A program made the translations under genes and the position numbers. Below are positions 56,012 through 64,000 of a stretch of 64,000 nt of DNA, piece after piece. The notes beneath the pieces were generated by a model. The model saw nothing but the letters and a program-made list of their open reading frames with translations, was not told the origin of the DNA and did not search any database. Positions within the stretch are counted from its first letter, which is position 1. Each line of letters begins with the position of its first letter. The DNA is from Candidatus Binatia bacterium (GTDB lineage: Bacteria > Desulfobacterota > Binatia > HRBIN30), in NCBI GenBank assembly GCA_023150935.1, contig JAKLJW010000008.1:1721-65720 (forward strand), read 5' to 3'.

Positions 56012-58523
56012 CGCGTGCCGATTCCGCTGCGGCCAGATAGCGCGCGGCGGTTTCACCCAGTACCTCGGCGAGCGCCGCATCTCCCCGCGCAAGTGCGGCT
56101 GCCTTGCCGCGCTGCGCAGCCTCGGCCGCGGCGCTCCAGCGACGGTCCGCCGCGTACGCCGCCGCCAGAGTGGCGAGTGTGCCCGGATCCGCGAACCGGG
56201 TGGTCTGGCAGGCCCGCTCCGCCCAGTGCACCGCCTCCTCGGTCAGTCCCGGCGCCCGGCCGTCGAGCAGGGCTCGCGCCGTTGCCTCGAAGAGCGCCGT
56301 TTGCGCGAAGTTCCGCCGCACCGCCGTGCGCAACTCCTTCCGGGCTGCGTCGGGCTCCCCGCGCGTTTCGAGCTCTCGCGCCTCGGCCAGCACTGCCCCC
56401 GCCCAGGTCGCTTCCGTCTCGAGCCGCGCGCGGCATCCCACCTCGACCCATTCCCGATCGGGCAGCGCCGGAACCCACCCGGGACCGGTGGGACGCGCCA
56501 CGAACGCGCGTGAGAACCCCGCCCGGTCCGTGAGCACGTACACTGCGGCCGCCGGCCACTCGCGACATATCGCTTGCCGGACGAGCGCGTCTTCTTCGAG
56601 GGCCGGGTTCCAGACAATCAGTTCGGCCTCGCCCCCATTCGCTCCCGCCTGCCGCGGCGGACTTCCGTCGAACGGCCGCACCGACACCGGGTGCCGCACG
56701 AGGTCCGCGGCAAACTCGTTCAGGTACCAGTACGGAAAGCCGCGCGGATTCGGATGGTCGAGGAAGAGCACGCCACCCGGTACGGCGGCCGCCCCCAATG
56801 CCCGTAGAGAAACACTCACCCACGACGCCGGTAAGGTGTGGGGGACGACGCGGTCGAAAACGAAGCTCCCGCCAGCCGCGACTCCCAGGGCGGCGAGGGC
56901 GGCGGCGACCGTCGCGGTCCACCCCTGAAGACGGAGCCAGCGTTGCAACGTCGTCCATCCGACCCCCGCCAGCAACGCCATCGGCACGGTCATCGCCACC
57001 AGTCGTATCACGGAGATCCGATCCTGACTCGACAGAACCGCGGGCCCGGCGCCCAGAACCAACGTGCCCAGGAGCAGGCGTGCCGGCCACCCGCGGGTGA
57101 GAGCGCCGAGGGCCATGACGGCACCGACCACGGCGAGGGCCGTGCCGACGGGATCGAAAAGCGCGTCGCCGATCTTCCGCAGCGGGGTGCGAGCCACCGC
57201 TACGGGGGACAGCGCGGCGGCAAGTACGATGTCCCACGGTCGGGGGCTGGCGGCTTCCACCACGTACTCGGACCGTCGCGGCGAGATCTGGCCGAAGGCC
57301 GCCGTTTCGTGCCCGGCCCACTGGGCCCGGCCTTGCGAGTACGTGGCAGCTACCGACCGCAGGTTGCCGAAGTCGGTGCGGCCCGTGACTGCGCCGGCAA
57401 AGAACAGGAGTATCGCGGTGAGCACGACCTGGAGCCGCTGCGGGCGCGGCCACGCACGGCAACACATCAGCCCGGCAACCATCACTGCGAGCGCAACCAG
57501 GTTTGCCGTGTGCAGGGTCACCCCGATGCCGGCGAGCCCGCCAAGGCCGACCAAAGCCGCTGCGGACTGCCGCAGGCGGACCGCCGCGAAGAGGCCGATC
57601 AGCCCGGCGACGACCAGCGGGAAGAAGAAGAAGGGCAGCGGCGTCAGGACCAGAGCCAGCACGTAAGGCGAGAACAACAATGCCGCGGCCGCGACGGCGG
57701 CGGCGCCGAGGCCGAAAAGACGGCCCGCGATCCATCCGACGAGCAACCCGCACACCGGGAACCAGATCAGGTGGGCCGCCTGAGCGACGCGGCCGGCGAG
57801 ATCGATCCCCACCGTGCGTAACAGCGGCGCCCCTTGCAAGATGAAGTGATACGCCCCGGCGCCCGTCATTACTCGATCGGTGAGGAGGTTGTAATCGGGC
57901 TGCGTTACCTGAGAGAGGAACCGGATCCCCACCCAGGTGTCGGCGAGGTCGGCGGCGTCCGGCGACCGCCACATCGACGGCCCGCGCACGGCGAGCCAAC
58001 CGACAGCCACCAACGCGGCGACGGCCACACTGCCGGCCGTCCGCAGGCGGCGCGGCCGCGGCCGGGTGACCAGCACGAGGGGTGGCACCGCAAGACCCGC
58101 CACGTAAAGGAGCTGTCCCGCACGGCCGAACCTGTCCGCCCACAGACCCGCGACTGCCAGCAGGCCGGCGACCGCGAGGGCCACCCGTACGCGCCAGGTC
58201 GCCGCACGATCGGCGGGCGTCACCATCCGCAGACGCTCGTCGCACAGTGGGTTTGCCGATGGCGGAACCAGCCCGAGCAGCAGCAAGCCGGCGGCCGCGA
58301 GGCAGCCGAGCCGCCCGACGACCCACCACCCGGGCACGCCCGGGAAGAGCCGGTCCAGCAGCGTCGCACCCGGGGCGATGGGAACGATCGGTTGGCCCGG
58401 CGGCGGGACGAACAACGGCAGGCAGTACGCCGCAAGCAGCGCCAGTACCAGCCAGGGGCCGGCCCGGACCGCAAGGCGTTGCGGCGGCGGGTTTCCCGTC
58501 GGCGTGTGCATCGATCGGTGCAT
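56001..58523 (-). CDS. Polytopic membrane protein (GT-C/ArnT-PMT-like) with a C-terminal soluble TPR-like domain
   Basis: ATG at 58523 shares one nt with the aminotransferase stop (TGATG). About 12 hydrophobic spans over about 600 aa, followed by a helical Ala/Arg/Glu-rich tail (..EARELETRGEPDAARKELRTAVRRNF...LATLAAAYAADRRWSAAAEAAQ..). The track ORF N-terminus (to 59282) overlaps the upstream gene and was rejected. Confidence 0.5.
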   Translation of the reverse strand: MHRSMHTPTGNPPPQRLAVRAGPWLVLALLAAYCLPLFVPPPGQPIVPIAPGATLLDRLFPGVPGWWVVGRLGCLAAAGLLLLGLVPPSANPLCDERLRMVTPADRAATWRVRVALAVAGLLAVAGLWADRFGRAGQLLYVAGLAVPPLVLVTRPRPRRLRTAGSVAVAALVAVGWLAVRGPSMWRSPDAADLADTWVGIRFLSQVTQPDYNLLTDRVMTGAGAYHFILQGAPLLRTVGIDLAGRVAQAAHLIWFPVCGLLVGWIAGRLFGLGAAAVAAAALLFSPYVLALVLTPLPFFFFPLVVAGLIGLFAAVRLRQSAAALVGLGGLAGIGVTLHTANLVALAVMVAGLMCCRAWPRPQRLQVVLTAILLFFAGAVTGRTDFGNLRSVAATYSQGRAQWAGHETAAFGQISPRRSEYVVEAASPRPWDIVLAAALSPVAVARTPLRKIGDALFDPVGTALAVVGAVMALGALTRGWPARLLLGTLVLGAGPAVLSSQDRISVIRLVAMTVPMALLAGVGWTTLQRWLRLQGWTATVAAALAALGVAAGGSFVFDRVVPHTLPASWVSVSLRALGAAAVPGGVLFLDHPNPRGFPYWYLNEFAADLVRHPVSVRPFDGSPPRQAGANGGEAELIVWNPALEEDALVRQAICREWPAAAVYVLTDRAGFSRAFVARPTGPGWVPALPDREWVEVGCRARLETEATWAGAVLAEARELETRGEPDAARKELRTAVRRNFAQTALFEATARALLDGRAPGLTEEAVHWAERACQTTRFADPGTLATLAAAYAADRRWSAAAEAAQRGKAAALARGDAALAEVLGETAARYLAAAESARDDS

Positions 58524-59719
58524 CAGGCGCTGAAGTGTTGGACCAGACGCAGAAGCGCCTCGATGACGTCGTCCTGGTCGGCGTCGGTCATGGCCGGATG
58601 CAGCGGCAACGACAGCAACCGTCGCGACGCATCGGCCGCCACGGGCACTGCCTCCGGCGGCGTACCCAGCACCGCGCGGAAATGCCGGTGCAGGGGCAGA
58701 GCACGGAAGTGCACGCCGACGCCGATATTTTCGGCCAGTAATCCGCGCAGCACTTCGTCCCGATCGATGCGCAGTCGCTCGAGATCGAGCAATACCGGGA
58801 ACAGGTGCGCGGCGGTCTCGGCGCCGCCGGGGCCGACGACCGGTCGAACGGCGGGGACCAGTGCCAGGCGTTCCCGGTATCGCGCATCGAGCGCCCGGCG
58901 GCGCGCCAGCAGTACCGGCAAACGCTCGAGCTGGGCAAGACCGATCGCCGCCTGCAAGTCCGTCAGGTTGTACTTCCAACCGAGCGAGACGGCTTCCCAG
59001 TGGGCGAAGTTCGTCCCCCGGCGTTGGCTCGCATCGAGGTCGATACCGTGCAGGCGTTCCCGCCGCAGCCGCGCGACCAGGGCGGCGCGCTCGGTGGCGA
59101 TCATGCCGCCCTCGCCGGTGGTGATGCTCTTCGTCGGATAGAAGCTGAAGACCGCGGCGTCGCCAAGCGTTCCGACGGCGCGCCCGTCGAGAGTGGCGCC
59201 AAGCGCGTGTGCCGCATCTTCGATCGCGAACGCGCCTTGCGCCCGGGCCAACGCCAGCAACGGAGGCATCGTGCACGGCCACCCGGCATAGTGCACCGCA
59301 ACTACGGCACGCGTGCGCGCTGTCCAGGCCGCCGCGACGGCAACGGGGTCGAGCGTCAGGCGGTCGGGGAGGACATCGGCAAGCACCGGCCGCGCTCCGG
59401 CGTGCAGGATTGCGTTCGCGGTTGCGGCGAAGGTCATCGGTGACGTGATGACATCGTCACCGGGTCCGAGCGCGAAAGCCCGCAGAGTCAAGTGCAACCC
59501 GGCAGTGCACGACGCCACCGCAACGGCGCGCTCGGCCCCGATGGTCGCGGCGAAGCGGTTCTCGAACTCCGCCGTGCGCGGGCCGGTTCCCAGCCAACCC
59601 GAGCGCAGTACGTCGATGACGGCGGCCTCCTCGGCCGCGCCCAGCACCGGGCGCGACAGCGGCAAGAACGTCGTGCGAACGGGCGTTCCGCCGGCGATCG
59701 CCGGTCGCTCCGCGCTCAT
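58523..59719 (-). CDS. DegT/DnrJ/EryC1/StrS-family sugar aminotransferase (ArnB/WecE-like)
   Basis: 398 aa. ...VLRSGWLGTGPRTAEFE..., DDVITSPMTFAATAN, AIEDAAHALGA, and FSFYPTKSITTGEGGMI (PLP-lysine context). Confidence 0.9.
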   Translation of the reverse strand: MSAERPAIAGGTPVRTTFLPLSRPVLGAAEEAAVIDVLRSGWLGTGPRTAEFENRFAATIGAERAVAVASCTAGLHLTLRAFALGPGDDVITSPMTFAATANAILHAGARPVLADVLPDRLTLDPVAVAAAWTARTRAVVAVHYAGWPCTMPPLLALARAQGAFAIEDAAHALGATLDGRAVGTLGDAAVFSFYPTKSITTGEGGMIATERAALVARLRRERLHGIDLDASQRRGTNFAHWEAVSLGWKYNLTDLQAAIGLAQLERLPVLLARRRALDARYRERLALVPAVRPVVGPGGAETAAHLFPVLLDLERLRIDRDEVLRGLLAENIGVGVHFRALPLHRHFRAVLGTPPEAVPVAADASRRLLSLPLHPAMTDADQDDVIEALLRLVQHFSA

Positions 59720-60034
59720 CTCGTTTCCGGTATCCGGCCGGTGCGGCGACTGCGGTCAACCACCGATGTCACACCGGCCCTGCGAATTGCGCTGTGTATG
59801 CAAACCGCTCGCGTTGCCCTCAAGAAGGCCGAACCAGGCGCCGGACAGCCGCCCGAGTCGCCGGACGTTGCACCTTCTCGATTCATTGCGCCGACGTCGC
59901 AAGTTCATTGCACCGGGACGCGGAGCATACCGAATGCGTGTCGCCGAGGGCAAGGAACCGGGGGCCGTAAGCCCGGCGGTATGCGCAGGGGCTAGTGGAA
60001 AACACCGGCCGCTGCATGCTAGCCATCGTACCCG

Positions 60035-60571
60035 ATGCGCGCGTGGGTTCGCAAAATTCTTCGCCGGCAGGTACCCGCAGAGAGCATCCCGGAGGTGCGG
60101 CAGGAGATAGCCACGACGCTCGAGGCCGCGCAGCGGTCGGCCCGCGCGGTTGCCCGGCTGGGGCTACGTTTGGACCAGGTGGAGTCGAAGCTCGAGGGCG
60201 GCTTCGCCGATCTGCGGGCCCAGCTAAGTACGTTTCGCAGCAATGGCGTGCCGGCGTCTCGCCCGCCCTTCGAGCTGCTCTTCGACGCTGCCGACCTCCT
60301 CGACGAAGCCGCACGGCTGAGTGCTTCGCCCGGTCACGCGGCGGGGCTCGCCGGCATTCGCGAGCGACTGGAGCGGTTTCTTTTCGAAGCCGGCCTGCAA
60401 CGAGTGGCGCAAGTGGACGGTCCGGTGGATCCGCTGCGCTTTCGCGTCGTGGGCCGCGAGGACGGCGGCGCGAGGCCGCGCGTGATACGTGCGGCAATCC
60501 TCGACGGCGAGCGGCTGGTTCGCGAGGGCGAGATCGTTCTGGAACGCGAGAGGGAGGAAGCCACAACATGA
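60035..60571 (+). CDS. GrpE-like protein (divergent nucleotide-exchange-factor homologue)
   Basis: 178 aa. The N-half is predicted to be long helices. The C-terminus GLQRVAQVDGPVDPLRFRVVGRE....RPRVIRAAILDGERLVREGEIVL parallels the GrpE beta-domain (G...i...G..FDP..H.Av........V......GY...gr.lR.A.V.V). Translationally coupled (ATGA) to the Hsp70 gene. Confidence 0.5.
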   Translation: MRAWVRKILRRQVPAESIPEVRQEIATTLEAAQRSARAVARLGLRLDQVESKLEGGFADLRAQLSTFRSNGVPASRPPFELLFDAADLLDEAARLSASPGHAAGLAGIRERLERFLFEAGLQRVAQVDGPVDPLRFRVVGREDGGARPRVIRAAILDGERLVREGEIVLEREREEATT

Positions 60572-62253
60572 GTGCCTTCGGTATAGATCTCGGAACGACC
60601 AATTCCTCCATCTCGCGCATCGTCGACGGCCGCCCGGTAGCGTTGTCCGTGGACGGCTATCCGCTGCTGCCTTCGGTGGTGCTGTACCGCGACGGCGGCG
60701 TGACGGTCGGGCGCGAGGCTCGCAATCTCGAGCTGCAATGGCCCGAACACACCCTGCGCTCTGTCAAGCGCAAGATGGGGACCGGACACCGCTGGACGGT
60801 GGCCGGACGCGAGGTCGGTCCCGAGGAAGCTTCCGCCGAGATCCTCGCGGCACTGAAGCGCGGCGCCGAGGCGGCCACCGGGGAAACCGTTCGCGATGTT
60901 GTCATTACCGTGCCCGCCTACTTCGATGACGCCCAGCGGCGTGCGACCCTCAAGGCGGGCGAGCTGGCGGGTTTGAACGTCCTGCGCCTCTTGAACGAGC
61001 CGACCGGCGCATCGCTGGTCTACGATCAGGTTCGGCAGACCACGGCCCAGCCGGAGATCGTCATGGTCTACGATCTCGGCGGCGGCACCTTCGATGTGTC
61101 GGTGCTGGAGGTCTTCGAGGGGGTGCGCGAGGTCCGCGCCACGGCCGGCAACACTCACCTGGGCGGTGACGACTTCGACACGGCACTGGTCCGTTTTTTT
61201 GCCGATCGTCTCAAAGCCGAGGCGCACGTAGATCCACTCGGCGACGCGCATGCTCGCGTACGGCTTGCGCGCGTGGCCGAGGCCACGAAGATCCGCCTGT
61301 CGGCCGAAACGGAGGTCGACGTTGCCGAGGAGTTCCTGCTTGCCGACGACAAGGGCAAGCCGGTCCACCTGCGCCTGCAGGTCACGCGCCGTCAGCTCGA
61401 AGAAGCCATCGCGCCGCTGTTGGGGTCCACGATCGATCTGTGCCGGCAGGCGCTTGCCGAGGCGCGGCTCACGGGCGGACAGCAGCTCGCGCGGATTCTG
61501 CTGGTGGGCGGTTCCACACGTCTTCCCATGGTGCGCCGGTTGCTCCGCGAGGCCTTTCCCGATGCGCCCGTACACGAGGAGGTCGATCCCGACCTCGCCG
61601 TAGCGCTTGGCGCGTCGGTCCAGGCCGGGTTGCTGCGCGGAATCGCCCTCGAGCGGATACTCGTCGATGTCACGGCGCATTCGCTCGGCATGTGCGTTCT
61701 GAGCGAAGCCGACGATTTCAGGGAGAAGCCCGACACGTACGCCCCCATCCTGCACCGCAACACCGTGCTTCCCGCAGTGCGCGCCGAGGAGTTCTACACC
61801 CTTTTCGACGATCAGCCCGGGGTGACGGTCGACGTTTACCAGGGCGAGGCGCCCCGGGCCTCGCAGAACAACCACATCGGGTCGTTCCGCTTCCCGCTGC
61901 AGCCGGCGCCCGCGGGCTGCCCGGTGCGGGTAGAGTTCGCATACGATCTCAATGGAGTCGTGCGCGTGAGCATTGCCCAGTCCGGTACGGACAACGCCAA
62001 GACTGTGGCTTTGTCCGTTGCCGACACCGGCGTTCCCGTCAGCTCGGTCGACGCGCTCGAACGCCGGGTGGGCGCCCTGCTCGATCGCATTGCGGGCGAG
62101 GACAAGCCGGCGCTCGAAGCGGCGCTGGCAGCATGGCGCGTGGCACAGGGCGAGAGGCGTCAGGCTGCCGAGGACGCGTTGATCGATCTCTTGCTGTTCC
62201 TCGAAGACGAGGCCGAGGCCGACGGTATCGATGAGGAGGGCGATGGCGTCTGA
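60568..62253 (+). CDS. Hsp70-family ATPase paralogue (non-canonical DnaK)
   Basis: ATG at 60568 inside track ORF 59995..62253. GIDLGTTNS, VITVPAYFDDAQRRATLKAGELAGLNVLRLLNEPT, VYDLGGGTFDVSV, LLVGGSTRLPMV. 561 aa, with a short acidic tail and no EEVD or long lid. Confidence 0.88.
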   Translation: MSAFGIDLGTTNSSISRIVDGRPVALSVDGYPLLPSVVLYRDGGVTVGREARNLELQWPEHTLRSVKRKMGTGHRWTVAGREVGPEEASAEILAALKRGAEAATGETVRDVVITVPAYFDDAQRRATLKAGELAGLNVLRLLNEPTGASLVYDQVRQTTAQPEIVMVYDLGGGTFDVSVLEVFEGVREVRATAGNTHLGGDDFDTALVRFFADRLKAEAHVDPLGDAHARVRLARVAEATKIRLSAETEVDVAEEFLLADDKGKPVHLRLQVTRRQLEEAIAPLLGSTIDLCRQALAEARLTGGQQLARILLVGGSTRLPMVRRLLREAFPDAPVHEEVDPDLAVALGASVQAGLLRGIALERILVDVTAHSLGMCVLSEADDFREKPDTYAPILHRNTVLPAVRAEEFYTLFDDQPGVTVDVYQGEAPRASQNNHIGSFRFPLQPAPAGCPVRVEFAYDLNGVVRVSIAQSGTDNAKTVALSVADTGVPVSSVDALERRVGALLDRIAGEDKPALEAALAAWRVAQGERRQAAEDALIDLLLFLEDEAEADGIDEEGDGV

Positions 62254-64000
62254 TGGGTCGGCATGAGGAAAAACGGCGCAAGCGTGCCGGCGAGGCACTG
62301 ACGCGCGCCTTGCGGCGGGGGGAGGCAGAACCGGCGCTGGCAGCGCTGCTCGATCTGCCTCCGGACGAGCGGTCTGCGCACTCGCGAGCGGTGGGAGATC
62401 TCGTGACGGCGGCGGTAGCGGCCGACTTCCGGGCGCACCGCTGGGACCGGCTCGGATTCTGGGCGGCTCGAATCGAGCGCTGCGGGGGGTGGCTCGACGA
62501 CGAGAGTGGCGAACTGCGCTGGGCATTTTTCTGGGGCAGCGCGCGCACCGGCGCATGGGCTCGGGCGACAGCGCTCGTCGACGGCCTCGCCGGTCGGTTG
62601 CCGGCGGCCCTTGTCGATGCCCTCCGGGGATATGTCGCCGCCGCCGGCACTCCGGCTCCCGAGGGCCTCGATCGATGGGTTCCTCCGGCACTTACGGTGG
62701 CTGAGGCCGCGGACCCGCGCCTGGGGTACGACCGTGGGCAGGTGCCGGTAGCGCCCGCAGGCGAGCCCGAGGCTCCCGTCACGCCCGACGAGGTCGAGGA
62801 GAGAGTGCTGGCGGCGTGGGCTAGCCTCGGCTGGAACCGTTTCACGACCATGACCGGCAGTTGGGCGGCGAGGACACCGGCTCTCGCCCGTCCGATACGG
62901 CTGCTGGCTGCGCAATTGTCGGTTCGTACGCTGCTGGTGCGGGCGCGGGCCGCCGATGCAGGCTGGGAACAGGCGGCGCGGTTCATTGCCGCCGCGTGCG
63001 AGGATCTGAATCGCCCTGAAGAGCTGCGCGAAGCGATGGCATTGGCGGTGCGGGTTTCCCTGCGCGGCGGCAACGGTACGGTCGGTGGGGCGCTGACCGC
63101 CTGCCGGATGGCTAAAGCGGCGCTGGGTTATTCCGATCTTGCCAGCCTGGCGGTAACGGCATTCTGCGACCTGCCGAAAGTGGACCTGCACCGAGAGAAC
63201 GTTGTGACCCCGGACGAGGAGCGCCTCGCGCGCGAGATGCTCGCTCTGGGGCAGCGGTTACTCGAAAGGCATCCGGACCCTCACCTGTTCTGGCACGCCA
63301 TGCGCGTATGGGAGGGAGCGGGCGACGAGCCGAAGGTTCCGGGATGGTTGGGAAATGCCGTATCGACGCTGCTCGCGGACGGGGCGGACCTCGGCGGAGG
63401 ATTGCTGCAGATGGCGCCGGAAGATTGGCCGCGGTGCCTTTTTATCGCTGTGCACGCCCTGCCGCCGCCGATCGTGGAGCAGGTGCTGGAGTGCACGTGG
63501 GAGGCGGGGGGTCCGGCCCTCCGGCCCCACCTGGCGCAAGCGGCCGGATGCCTGATCGAGCGCCTGCGGCCAAAGACGCTCGGCAAAGAGCGGCTCGCCG
63601 AGGAGGCGCGGATCCTGCGCGAGAAGACAGGAATCGCGCTCTCGTTGGACGAGGTGCGGGCCATGTTCGAAAGCGCCGGAGGCCCGCTCCTCGACCTGCT
63701 CGGGGAGCGGACGGAAGGGCCGTTATCCGGGAAGGCGCTGGCGTTCTGGAAGCGCTTCGGCGAGCGTATCCTGCCCTACGACATTCGGCACCTGGAGTAC
63801 GCACTGGAAGTCGGGCCGGATCGGGCCACCCAGGAGACAGCTCTCGACCGCTACCTGGAACGGCGAGCCGATGCGGAGGCGATGCTCGACGAGATCCGCG
63901 CGGCGGATGGCGACGCCTGTGTTCTCGCCGCGGCGGCGATCGAAAGACGACTTCTGGAGCGATACGAGCGCGATCCGGCGGCGCTGGCCGGGGCGTTCCT
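62253..64000 (+). CDS. Large hypothetical protein, 3' end outside window (at least 582 codons)
   Basis: ATG at 62253 shares one nt with the Hsp70 stop (TGATG). I translated the frame by hand to position 64000 without meeting a stop: MGRHEEKRRKRAGEALTRALRRGEAEPALAALLDLPPDERSAH...WHAMRVWEGAGDEPKVPGWLGNAVSTLL...DIRHLEYALEVGPDR... It is absent from the ORF track because it has no stop. No family recognised. Confidence 0.6.
   Translation, partial: MGRHEEKRRKRAGEALTRALRRGEAEPALAALLDLPPDERSAHSRAVGDLVTAAVAADFRAHRWDRLGFWAARIERCGGWLDDESGELRWAFFWGSARTGAWARATALVDGLAGRLPAALVDALRGYVAAAGTPAPEGLDRWVPPALTVAEAADPRLGYDRGQVPVAPAGEPEAPVTPDEVEERVLAAWASLGWNRFTTMTGSWAARTPALARPIRLLAAQLSVRTLLVRARAADAGWEQAARFIAAACEDLNRPEELREAMALAVRVSLRGGNGTVGGALTACRMAKAALGYSDLASLAVTAFCDLPKVDLHRENVVTPDEERLAREMLALGQRLLERHPDPHLFWHAMRVWEGAGDEPKVPGWLGNAVSTLLADGADLGGGLLQMAPEDWPRCLFIAVHALPPPIVEQVLECTWEAGGPALRPHLAQAAGCLIERLRPKTLGKERLAEEARILREKTGIALSLDEVRAMFESAGGPLLDLLGERTEGPLSGKALAFWKRFGERILPYDIRHLEYALEVGPDRATQETALDRYLERRADAEAMLDEIRAADGDACVLAAAAIERRLLERYERDPAALAGAF

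Noticed and set aside
56053-58329. 758-aa minus-strand ORF and overlapping plus-strand ORFs 56838..57821 and 57834..59141
   Set aside because: These are alternative or antisense frames of the polytopic GT-C-like gene. They are Arg/Gly-rich, whereas the chosen frame gives coherent TM helices and clean coupling to both neighbours.
60334-62691. 785-aa minus-strand ORF
   Set aside because: It is antisense to the GrpE-like, Hsp70 and downstream genes. The Hsp70 frame is unambiguous.

Overview
Very GC-rich bacterial chromosomal segment. LapB, an RND efflux pump and an ArnT-like gene suggest a diderm; I cannot assign a taxon from sequence alone. About 50 protein genes and one tRNA are supportable. 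Many long ORFs in the track are frame-shifted or antisense shadows caused by high GC, and were rejected.

Housekeeping blocks: two acyl-CoA dehydrogenases, proA-nadD-rsfS-lapAB, cysC, pepF, an acyl-CoA synthetase, tkt, and an SPFH/NfeD pair. These are interleaved with accessory material.

Main points of interest:
1. An 11.3-kb, nine-gene minus-strand operon (8552-19892). It joins an incomplete Rnf-like module (RnfC, an FMN_bind/RnfG-like protein, RnfD, and two unassignable small membrane proteins, with no recognisable RnfA/E/B) to a dedicated ApbE flavin transferase, a membrane-anchored 5xCXXCH cytochrome and two >1000-aa haem/beta-propeller proteins. Most junctions are translationally coupled. 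The block is bracketed by homologous composite repeats in direct orientation.
2. A tRNA-Sec (selC, 32312-32403, minus strand) not in the ORF track. It sits next to a lower-GC, gene-poor stretch with a BrnT/BrnA toxin-antitoxin pair, a twin-palindrome operator and 36-bp direct repeats.
3. A coupled GrpE-like / Hsp70-paralogue / large unknown protein operon (60035 to the window end). Its third ORF is missing from the track because it has no stop in the window.
4. A zinc-ribbon radical SAM enzyme next to an aminosugar/lipid-carrier glycosylation cluster.
5. A hicB-hicA pair in which the toxin ORF has no canonical start codon.

No CRISPR array, rRNA or intact transposase/integrase was seen.
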